Positions 42,760 through 51,266 of a stretch of DNA of 64,000 nucleotides are shown piece after piece. Position 1 is the first letter of the stretch. The number at the start of each line of letters is the position of its first letter. The notes beneath the pieces are model-generated. The model had not been told where the DNA came from. It worked only from the letters and a program-made list of their open reading frames with translations, and did no database searches. A program made the translations under genes and the position numbers. This DNA comes from Candidatus Poribacteria bacterium (lineage in GTDB: Bacteria > Poribacteria > WGA-4E > WGA-3G). The stretch is from assembly GCA_963663765.2 (NCBI GenBank), contig CAXXUA010000005.1:1472001-1536000 (forward strand). Reading direction: 5' to 3'.

Positions 42760-44592
42760 ATGTCAGCAGATCTTACAATCTATTGTTTAGATCAAGTCAC
42801 AGATTACTTTGATTTTGAACGACTCTGCCATGACTTGATGGCTCGGGAGGGATATAGTTCTATTGAACCTCTTGGAAACTTCAAGGATAAAGGACGAGAT
42901 GCTATTCACGTAAACGAGTCTGATAAAACTACTATATTCGCGTATAGCGTTCGTGAGAACTGGCGGGTGAAACTCACCGAAGACGCGGAAAAGGTGCGTA
43001 AATATCAGCACACCTGCAACCAGTTTATATTCATTACGACTGCTAATTTCACAGCAGGTGAAAGGGACGAGGCAGTTGCAAATATTAAAAATGAATTCGG
43101 TTGGCAATTGGAACTCTTTGGTGTCGAACGCTTGCGAATTCTTCTTGACGTGTGTCATTCTCAGATTAAGAGACTACACCCAGGTATTTTCCCTCCAGAA
43201 TTTCTTGCAGTTCAAGATCGGATTGATAACTCAACAGAACGGCATCATCTTTTTATTAGTTGTGTTAGTAAAGATGGAGTGTTTGCAGATTGGTTAACTA
43301 GGAAGTTAACATCAGAAGGGTACCTTATATGGTGTGAACGGTTCAAGCTGCTTGGAGGTGAGACGTTTCCCGATGATATTGACGACGCAATTAAAAATAG
43401 AACTCTCAGATTTTTAGGTTTGTATTCAGAAGCGTCGATCAAAAATCAAGAGGTAATGCGCCAAAGATCGCTTGCTCTCAGCATGAGAAGTGAAGGTATT
43501 CAAGATTTTCTTATACCCTTGGATGTAGATGGTGTAAATCAGGAGCAGTTAGACAGTGTTACAAAGACATTGCAATTCGTTTCGTTTAAAGACAATTGGG
43601 CAGATGGACTAAAACAATTGCTAAAAAAACTGGAATCTATTGACTGTCCACCATTATTACCAAACGGAAAACGTATTGTTGCAGGAGCATTTTTAGGAAA
43701 TGATGTTCGATCGGACGAGGAAGAAACCCTATATTCAAATTGCTTACGAATTCTCCAGATACCGGAAATTATCCATCGTTTCACAGTAGAGGATGCAATC
43801 CCAAAGGAGAAACGTAATGAACTCAAGTCTGAATGGAGTTATCGAAAAGTTGATACAAATACATTGCTTAGTTTTCATAAGCCTCCTACTTCAATTGTTG
43901 AAGAGTACCGCGTGAATGAAATGGGAGGAGCTATATGGGCAAACACTACGAAAATAGATGGAATTTCGACATTTAACTTGGTGTCTGAACTTATCCGGAA
44001 AGCCTTGATTGTGAAGTGTCATCAGAAAGGCTTGCAATACTGCCATGACGCGAAGCTAGTTTATTTTCCTTCAGACCTTGTGGAGAAAAACCGACTTTAC
44101 TTTACTCGTCCTGATAGTAATTCAAATACCCATGTCCTTTCTAATGGAAAAAGAAAACATCCATCAGGTGGTGAATATTTATATACGCTTGCTCCCGACT
44201 TCTATGTACGTCAAGATCTTTTTGATGATTTCACAGTTCTAATTCGCATACGTGTTCGTCTTTCAGACATAGCGGGTAAAGCCTTCACTACTAAAAGTAA
44301 GATTAATTCACGAAGAAAAAATCTATGTAAATACTGGTGGAATAAGGATTGGCTTAACCGAACTTTGGCTGTTAGTCAATTTCTCGCGGATGACGGAAAG
44401 ATAATAATTGGTGAATTGCAAGACGCGCAAATCATCATTGATGCAAATCCGTTACAATTAAATGTTCCAATTGGAATTAACGAAGAGGTCTTTGATACAC
44501 TCAGTTCTGAACGTTCAGAATTGCTCAGCATCTATGATGAAGAAGAGTATTTAGACGAATATATTAGTGATGGTGAAATTAACGATGGATAA
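42760..44592 (+). CDS. REase(Mrr-like)-TIR-APAZ effector of a short Argonaute system
   Basis: N-terminal FERLC...DKGRDA; TIR LFISC...FADWL..KL..EGY.IW...LLGGE; APAZ-like C-terminus (LYSN, SRRKNLCKYWWNKDW); directly upstream of a pAgo. Confidence 0.82.
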   Translation: MSADLTIYCLDQVTDYFDFERLCHDLMAREGYSSIEPLGNFKDKGRDAIHVNESDKTTIFAYSVRENWRVKLTEDAEKVRKYQHTCNQFIFITTANFTAGERDEAVANIKNEFGWQLELFGVERLRILLDVCHSQIKRLHPGIFPPEFLAVQDRIDNSTERHHLFISCVSKDGVFADWLTRKLTSEGYLIWCERFKLLGGETFPDDIDDAIKNRTLRFLGLYSEASIKNQEVMRQRSLALSMRSEGIQDFLIPLDVDGVNQEQLDSVTKTLQFVSFKDNWADGLKQLLKKLESIDCPPLLPNGKRIVAGAFLGNDVRSDEEETLYSNCLRILQIPEIIHRFTVEDAIPKEKRNELKSEWSYRKVDTNTLLSFHKPPTSIVEEYRVNEMGGAIWANTTKIDGISTFNLVSELIRKALIVKCHQKGLQYCHDAKLVYFPSDLVEKNRLYFTRPDSNSNTHVLSNGKRKHPSGGEYLYTLAPDFYVRQDLFDDFTVLIRIRVRLSDIAGKAFTTKSKINSRRKNLCKYWWNKDWLNRTLAVSQFLADDGKIIIGELQDAQIIIDANPLQLNVPIGINEEVFDTLSSERSELLSIYDEEEYLDEYISDGEINDG

Positions 44593-46087
44593 ATCAATTA
44601 TTGTTCTTAATGAACCAGAATTGGAATTTGGTTATGCACAGAGGATGACTGATCCACGTGATGGCTTAGCGATATTCGGTCCATATGATATCAAGTTGTC
44701 GTCACAGCCAGGGAAACTACCGCACATAGTCATTGGAACAGAGAAAGGAATAAATGATTTTAAAAAGTGGGCAGATATTATGAACCAGCCAGCGATTTTT
44801 GCTCCAAAAGGCAATCAAAGGCTTTGGCCTCCATTTCCTGGGTTTGAAGCCGCATTTTGTACGCAGTGGTCTAGTGAACCTGTTAAGACTTATCCAATTG
44901 ATCAGAATCAATTAATTAAGACTTCTCGTTATTCAGATAGGTATAAGCGGGTGTCTGGAGTTGTAGATTTTTACTTAGATCAATTGAAAAAAATAGACAT
45001 ACTTGATGAGAACATAGGCTTGGCAATCTGTGTAGTTCCTGATGAAATATGGCAAAACTGTCGTCCTGAGTCTAATGTTTCAGACTCAATTGGTGAGCGA
45101 ATCAATGCTAAAAGAATAAAAAGCAGAAAGGCTGGACAACTTGAGTTTTTTGATGAATTCAATCAAGAACAGTATAACTTTTCTACTGACTTTCGACAAC
45201 AATTAAAAGCGCGTGCAATGCAATACGGAATACCTCTGCAAATTCTACGCGAATCCACATTACGGTTGACAGATAGAAATATATTTAGAGAACGTTCTCT
45301 TACCCCACTCTCAGACCGAATGTGGAACATAAGCACGACACTTTATTATAAATGTGGTGGCAAACCATGGCGTCTTGTAACTGCTCGTGAAGGGGTTTGC
45401 TATATCGGGATTGCTTTTCGTCGTACTGATAAATCAAAAGATGGAAAAACTGCTTGTTGTGCAGCTCAAATGTTTCTTGATTCTGGAGATGGTATAGTAT
45501 TCCTTGGTGAATATGGGCCGTGGTATTCGTTAGAAACTGAACAATTTCACTTAAGTGAAGCTGCAGCATATAGTCTTTTAACTGGTGTTTTGGATACATA
45601 CAATAAACTTGAGGGTAAACAACTTAAGGAAATATTCCTACATTCACGTTCTGAGATTAGTAAGTCTGAGTTCAGAGGCTATCAGAAAGCTTGTCCACAA
45701 GATACAACCCTTGTAGGTGTAAAGGTGCGTCCGGATCGACTTGGTCCGAGATTATTCCGTACAGGCATGATGCCAGTTCTTAGAGGTACATTTTGGAGAC
45801 TTGATAATCGTTCAGGTTTTTTGTGGGGAAGTGGATTCAAGCCACGAATTGCGACCTATGATGGATGGGAAACGCCCGTTCCATTACGTATTGATATTCA
45901 ACACGGCGATGCCCCAATAGAAAGAGTGGCACAAGATATTTTTGGATTAACAAAGTTGAACTACAATGCATGTCATCTTGGAGAATCTCAACCTGTTACC
46001 GTTGGTTTTTCCAATGCTGTTGGAGAAATCTTGATTTCGAATCCTACTGTTTCAGTCCGAAGACCGCAATTCAAGTTTTACATATAA
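44585..46087 (+). CDS. Short prokaryotic Argonaute (MID-PIWI, catalytically inactive)
   Basis: EPELEFG, DPRDGL..FGPY, QILREST, YYKCGGKPW, CYIGIAF (no Asp), LTKLNYN; overlaps the upstream stop by 8 nt. Confidence 0.92.
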   Translation: MDKSIIVLNEPELEFGYAQRMTDPRDGLAIFGPYDIKLSSQPGKLPHIVIGTEKGINDFKKWADIMNQPAIFAPKGNQRLWPPFPGFEAAFCTQWSSEPVKTYPIDQNQLIKTSRYSDRYKRVSGVVDFYLDQLKKIDILDENIGLAICVVPDEIWQNCRPESNVSDSIGERINAKRIKSRKAGQLEFFDEFNQEQYNFSTDFRQQLKARAMQYGIPLQILRESTLRLTDRNIFRERSLTPLSDRMWNISTTLYYKCGGKPWRLVTAREGVCYIGIAFRRTDKSKDGKTACCAAQMFLDSGDGIVFLGEYGPWYSLETEQFHLSEAAAYSLLTGVLDTYNKLEGKQLKEIFLHSRSEISKSEFRGYQKACPQDTTLVGVKVRPDRLGPRLFRTGMMPVLRGTFWRLDNRSGFLWGSGFKPRIATYDGWETPVPLRIDIQHGDAPIERVAQDIFGLTKLNYNACHLGESQPVTVGFSNAVGEILISNPTVSVRRPQFKFYI

Positions 46088-46634
46088 TTTTTCCAACCTT
46101 CATAAAGTCTCCCTCTCCAAACAAATTCAGCTGTCCACCAGTGATGCGATCAATTACCTGTTCTTGCGTGATTTGTTCGCTGTTTTCGTCGATGTGAATC
46201 ACAGGTAAGTTCTGATGCGTTAGAGTAGTACTAATGAGTTTAGTTCGGTGGCAATGCTCAGGTTTCCCTTCAGCACACATCAGTGCAATGCGCTGTTGTT
46301 GCGAGAAAGCAGTGTGCAGACGTTCAATACCCCGCTGATAGAATTCAGCAATATTCACCTTTTCGTAGTCAACCATTCCGTTGACATAACACGACTCATC
46401 GTCAGGTTTCCCACCCAGAAGATCTCCCATAAAGACATATCGGATACCATGTTTTTCCACTTCATTTGCAAGCGGCTTTTTGGAGAATTCCGGCTTATAA
46501 CTTGAGTGCGGAACTGAACGGACATCTATGAGATATACGATCTCGTATTGTTGTAACACTTCAATAAACTCCGCTATTGAACGGCTTCCATACCCTATCG
46601 TCCAGATTGGAATGATGTCTGTTTTGTTTTTCAT
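46071..46634 (-). CDS. Second copy of DUF488(a) with altered C-terminus
   Basis: 46112..46652 is near-identical to 39714..40254; the tail GDFMKVGKIICKT overlaps the pAgo 3' end. Confidence 0.8.
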   Translation of the reverse strand: MKNKTDIIPIWTIGYGSRSIAEFIEVLQQYEIVYLIDVRSVPHSSYKPEFSKKPLANEVEKHGIRYVFMGDLLGGKPDDESCYVNGMVDYEKVNIAEFYQRGIERLHTAFSQQQRIALMCAEGKPEHCHRTKLISTTLTHQNLPVIHIDENSEQITQEQVIDRITGGQLNLFGEGDFMKVGKIICKT

Positions 46635-46880
46635 GATAGATAGATAATAGCATATTAGGAGTGAATTTTCAACCGATATTCTCTTGCGAAATATACACAA
46701 TTTGACAAACAAGTCCTTTATCTGGTAAAATAGTAAAAGTTGTTTGTATCTTACCGCTTTTTCTTAACGTAGTTGAATTAACGACAAACCCTCTCTGAAA
46801 GTATATCTACTCAAATTTAGAATTTAATTTCTGTTGCTTCTGATGGAAATTCTGCTGACAAACGTAAATTGAGGTAAATA

Positions 46881-48020
46881 GTGGCTAAGAAAAAAAACCG
46901 AAACAATGTAGCATTTGTTATATCTTTAGTGATACATTTCGTTTTGATATTAGTATTATCACCATTTCTTTTGAAACAATTCAATGAGAAGGAAGACGAT
47001 TTGTCGCTTGTCATTTTTCCGATGGGTACTGTTGAGCAAGTGAAACGTCTTATGATGCGTCAGAATAAGTCGTTGCAACCTATCCGCAATCTTGATAGTG
47101 GCTCAACAGCACCATCGCTTGCTGCACCGAAGTATTCTCCAGAGATGGATCCGCCTAAAGCGTTGTACTACGATGAATATGCGCCGGAAATCGTGACTGT
47201 AGTTGATATTCCAAAAACGAAATCCTTCACACTTCCGAATAAGAGTTTTGGAACAGAGGAAGCATCATCGGGACCTGTTGTCATTCCTGAGTTCCGTGGA
47301 GCAGGTGGAAGAGCGATTGGACCTGGTCGTGGCAAGGGGACAGGTCGGAGTGGAACAGGTGCAGGTGGTGGTAGTAGTGGTCTGGTTAATAGATTGTCTC
47401 GCATTGATAAACTTGACGATCTTGCTTCCATAGAATTAGACGATGATATAATGGGGCTGGGTATCTTTGAAACCGATGTAAATCCAGGGCATGGATTACT
47501 GGGTCAAGTGTATATCCCAAATGAACCTATATTCATGATGCCTAATTTCAAACGTTTAGATCCCGTTTATACGTTTGCAACAGCATATTTGAATGTATCT
47601 CCGAGAGATTATACAGCGGGTTTTCCGACCCCCCAGAAGCAGAAAGTGCTTGAGGATTTCGCCATTCGTTTTTTTGGAAAATTAGCAGTTGTGACTCCTG
47701 GCACTTATATTTTTGAACTTTACTCTGATGATGGTGCAAAGTTATTCATCAATGGACATTTAGTAGTTGATAATGATGGGGTGCACCAACCCCGAAGAAA
47801 ACGTAATCATATTAGACTGACTGCGGGTTTGCATGCTGTTGAGATACAGTATTTTCAGGGGCCTCGTTTTCAAATAGCACTACAATGGTATTATAAACCT
47901 CCGAACCAAAAGCTTCAGATTGTACCACCAGAGGTAATCTTCAGTCCGGGTAAACATGATCTGCCAGTTGTGATGAGAAAGGTAAAACAGCATTTGAGAT
48001 TAAAAGACATTTTAAATTAG
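46881..48020 (+). CDS. Membrane-anchored PA14-domain protein
   Basis: N-terminal TM (SLVIHFVL); Gly-rich linker; FAIRF.G, FELYSDDGAKLFING, DNDGVH. Confidence 0.8.
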   Translation: MAKKKNRNNVAFVISLVIHFVLILVLSPFLLKQFNEKEDDLSLVIFPMGTVEQVKRLMMRQNKSLQPIRNLDSGSTAPSLAAPKYSPEMDPPKALYYDEYAPEIVTVVDIPKTKSFTLPNKSFGTEEASSGPVVIPEFRGAGGRAIGPGRGKGTGRSGTGAGGGSSGLVNRLSRIDKLDDLASIELDDDIMGLGIFETDVNPGHGLLGQVYIPNEPIFMMPNFKRLDPVYTFATAYLNVSPRDYTAGFPTPQKQKVLEDFAIRFFGKLAVVTPGTYIFELYSDDGAKLFINGHLVVDNDGVHQPRRKRNHIRLTAGLHAVEIQYFQGPRFQIALQWYYKPPNQKLQIVPPEVIFSPGKHDLPVVMRKVKQHLRLKDILN

Positions 48021-48036
48021 TAACAGATTTAATATT

Positions 48037-48768
48037 ATGCGAATTGTAATTATTGTAACCGTTTTTATAACTATATTTTTCCCAGATGTGCTTCGGAATT
48101 CTGATGCTCACCACGAGTATGAGTTTACCTTTGTTCGTCTGCAATATGATGGTAGGCTTACTCAATTGAGCAATTGGGAAGTAGATTATCCCGCATCGGA
48201 CCGAAATTTCATCTACCAACTTGATAAACAAACCACTATTGATGTTGCTCCCGATAGTATTAGCATTCCAGTTGGGTCGGAGGCGTTATTTGATTATCCC
48301 TTTTCCTATATATTGGAAGTTGGGAGTATGCGTCTAAAAAAGAAAGAAGCAGCAAACTTACGTGAATATATGCTACGCGGAGGTTTCATCTTTGTGGATG
48401 ATTTCCACGGTGGAATAGAATGGAACAGGTTTTATACGGAATTGAAAAAGATATTTCCCAATAAGGAACCTGTGGACATTCCAATTACGCATCCTATTTT
48501 CAGTTGTTTCTACAAGATAAAAGAACTGATTCAGATACCGGGTTTACGTGCGCTTTATAGTGGTCGGACGTATGAACGTTATGATGGACATCCTGCTCAA
48601 TATCTTGGTGTGTTTGACGATAAGAATCGTCTGATGATGTTAATATGCTATAATTCGGATCTTGGTGATGCGTGGGAACACGCTGCGATGCCATCTTATC
48701 CGAAAGAGTATTCAAATATTGCATTGAAGATTGGTATCAATGCTGTTGTCTATTCGTTGACGCATTGA
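48037..48768 (+). CDS. DUF4159-domain protein
   Basis: WEVDYP.SD.NF; LREYMLRGGFIFVDDF; DLGDAWE. Confidence 0.8.
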   Translation: MRIVIIVTVFITIFFPDVLRNSDAHHEYEFTFVRLQYDGRLTQLSNWEVDYPASDRNFIYQLDKQTTIDVAPDSISIPVGSEALFDYPFSYILEVGSMRLKKKEAANLREYMLRGGFIFVDDFHGGIEWNRFYTELKKIFPNKEPVDIPITHPIFSCFYKIKELIQIPGLRALYSGRTYERYDGHPAQYLGVFDDKNRLMMLICYNSDLGDAWEHAAMPSYPKEYSNIALKIGINAVVYSLTH

Positions 48769-48798
48769 TTTTAATTCATTTTCAGTAGACGTCTAATT

Positions 48799-50199
48799 TC
48801 ACCTCTGTTTTGATGTGTCGCAAATATCGTATACCATCTGTTCTAACAAGACTGCCCCATCCAATCCTGTTGTTATCAATTGTATTTCCACTTCTAAGGT
48901 TTTTTCCAAAGCCGTAATTAATTCCTCAGTGGTAAAAGAATGTAACGCTTGAAAAACTTTGTATGCAGGATATGGACTTCCCTTTAAGACATTTCGTGAA
49001 GCCGAATTAGGTAGTATTTCATTCAATTCTTGTGCCATTGGTTCAAATACTTTTTTTATGAAATCGTTGTAGCGTGTGTGTCTGCTAATCGGTTTCAATC
49101 CTTTTCTTTTTGCAATGAGTTTTGCTTGAAGCATTGACCGTAAATAGGTGGCAATGGGTGAGATGATTCGGAATGGTGTTTCACCGCTTGCTAACACTTC
49201 TCTTAGGCTTTTCAATGCCTGCCGTGTTGACCGTTTTCCGATTGCATCGGTAAGGTCAAAAATCCCGTCAAAGGTCGTTTGTGTCACAAGGTTTCGGACA
49301 TCATTTTCATCGATCTGTTGTTTTTCCCCGACAAAGTTTATGATCTTGTTGATTGATTCGGCGATTGTGTGCATGTCGCCACCGGTACGATTACGTAGTT
49401 GGTTAAAAGCTCGCGGCGTTATTTTCTTATTGTATGTAGCGAACTTTTCCACTACTTTTTTGTAAAGCGGGTCTCGATTTAGTGTCGTGCTTTTCTCAAA
49501 AGGATCAAAAGTGGCATACCTACCAACTTGTTGGATCACTTTCGCAATTCGGTTTCTTTCACTCACCTCATCCTTTACCGTAAAAATTAGCACACTGCTT
49601 TTGGGCAGGTCACCTTGTAACCATTCTAACAATAGGTCTGTATCGTCGTTGCTGGTGTTTTTTTCTGAATGCACTTCAATTTGTGCTCCGAGTTTTGGTA
49701 GCCGTGTGAAGAATGTGCGTATATCACTGGTGAGTCCAGCTCCGAGAGTTTCGCTGATTTCATCTATGGAACTGCTGAAGTCTGGGTGTGTATCTGCGAT
49801 TTGTTGTGTGGAAACCCCAAGAATTTTCGCCATTTCTGCAACACATTTCTGAACGTCTTCAGATTCAAGTTGCATTGCCTTTTGTATGCTTGTATGTGGA
49901 GAGGTGCTTTTATTCTGTGATTTAAATGCGGGAAAATCATCTACGACTACCACTCGCCAATCGGACATTACAGGATAGAGATCGGCGTTGCTGAGAATAT
50001 CTCTAACAGACACAACGTTTCCATCTAAGATAGAGAGATTGAAATCTCGTGTATCTGATGGCAGCAGTTTTTCCAGCATCTGTTTGAGGGTGCCTTCAAT
50101 AAGGAAGGTTTCCTTACCACAGAGTAGATAAACAGGTTTTGTCTTGTTATCCTCTATTTCCTTGAGGATATTTACTTTTGGTGCGGGTTTCTGTTTCAT
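48799..50199 (-). CDS. holA: DNA polymerase III delta subunit (with internal insertion)
   Basis: PVYLLCGKETFLI, DFNLSILDG, IFDLTDAI; 466 aa. Confidence 0.8.
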   Translation of the reverse strand: MKQKPAPKVNILKEIEDNKTKPVYLLCGKETFLIEGTLKQMLEKLLPSDTRDFNLSILDGNVVSVRDILSNADLYPVMSDWRVVVVDDFPAFKSQNKSTSPHTSIQKAMQLESEDVQKCVAEMAKILGVSTQQIADTHPDFSSSIDEISETLGAGLTSDIRTFFTRLPKLGAQIEVHSEKNTSNDDTDLLLEWLQGDLPKSSVLIFTVKDEVSERNRIAKVIQQVGRYATFDPFEKSTTLNRDPLYKKVVEKFATYNKKITPRAFNQLRNRTGGDMHTIAESINKIINFVGEKQQIDENDVRNLVTQTTFDGIFDLTDAIGKRSTRQALKSLREVLASGETPFRIISPIATYLRSMLQAKLIAKRKGLKPISRHTRYNDFIKKVFEPMAQELNEILPNSASRNVLKGSPYPAYKVFQALHSFTTEELITALEKTLEVEIQLITTGLDGAVLLEQMVYDICDTSKQR

Positions 50200-50228
50200 G
50201 AGGACAAACTGTTCCCTGTTGGTATTGC

Positions 50229-50411
50229 TCAGGTTGAGTTATCTTTGCTGGTTTGCTTTTGCGTTCCCCTTGCTGCGAATACGGAGAGATGTTTTGTTAT
50301 ATCTTGTGTGCAGCATATCGGACATTTTGGGGATTTTTTCGTGTTATTTGTGCGTTGAAATATTTCAAACTTATGCTTGCAGTTGTTGCATTGATATTCA
50401 TATAGCGGCAT
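50229..50411 (-). CDS. FmdB-family zinc-ribbon protein
   Basis: MPLYEYQCNNC...CPIC. Confidence 0.85.
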   Translation of the reverse strand: MPLYEYQCNNCKHKFEIFQRTNNTKKSPKCPICCTQDITKHLSVFAARGTQKQTSKDNST

Positions 50412-50488
50412 AGTTTTTCCTCAAAGGTTTTCAATTGGCAGGTGGTTTAATATCCTTATAAGTCTATAGTTCGATTTTTCTTAAAATG

Positions 50489-50900
50489 CAGGGTTATTTA
50501 GTTTTAAGAGTCTTCTGTTATTGAGATTTACTGAAAGTTAATACCCAGGTTCGATTTCCTAACCGAACTTTCTGCATCAGTTTTAGATTATTGAAACATG
50601 AACATTGCTCTTTAGTCCCGTAGGGACGATATGTTTATAGAAAACAAATACCCTCCACAACTCTTTAGTCCCGTAGGGACGATATGTTTATAGAAAACGA
50701 ATACCCTCCACAGCTCTTTAGTCCCGTAGGGACGATATGTTTATTCTTCTATGTCGTTCCTACGGAACTCAATTGGGGTGGAAAACATTTTCTATAAACA
50801 TATCGTCCCTACGGGACTAAAGAAATGGACAAGATGGTAACCCATAAAATTAACGACATAGCAAAATAATATCAAAAATATTGAAAACTAAATAATCCTG
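50489..50900 (+). mobile_element. MITE family F with three tandem plus one inverted D-type REP
   Basis: cagggttatttagtttt...aaaactaaataatcctg. Confidence 0.78.
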
Positions 50901-50911
50901 GCCAATAATAG

Positions 50912-51018
50912 ACATTCTGCCAGATTGTGTGGGTAACTTTAGCACATTCTGCCAGATTGTGCGGGCAGTTGTAGCACATTCTGACAGATTGCGCATATAA
51001 ATTATTCTGACAGATTGC
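50912..51018 (+). repeat. Four degenerate ~31-bp tandem units (cacattctg(c/a)cagattg)
   Basis: Seen directly in the sequence. Confidence 0.6.
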
Positions 51019-51058
51019 TGATATAGTCATTTCTATTGTCAAATTAGACGCTATGATA

Positions 51059-51185
51059 ATTAAAAATACTTCAACGAAAACCTGAAGTTATTTTTTTTTT
51101 TGTAATCCTAACAATATCACAGAGCAATGGTAGATCAACACTATATACTCATTCAATTGAAACACTCAAAAATGGCGAAGGTATT
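51059..51185 (+). mobile_element. Degenerate right-end remnant of the IS at 8248..9704
   Basis: attaaaaatacttc..aaaacctga resembles 9578-9604; ends tggcgaaggtatt (right TIR). Confidence 0.6.
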
Positions 51186-51266
51186 ATATTATAATGTATC
51201 ATGTTTGGTTGTTTCCAATTTATATGTGGTGTGAAACAATAAATATCCAATATATATACAATAGTT

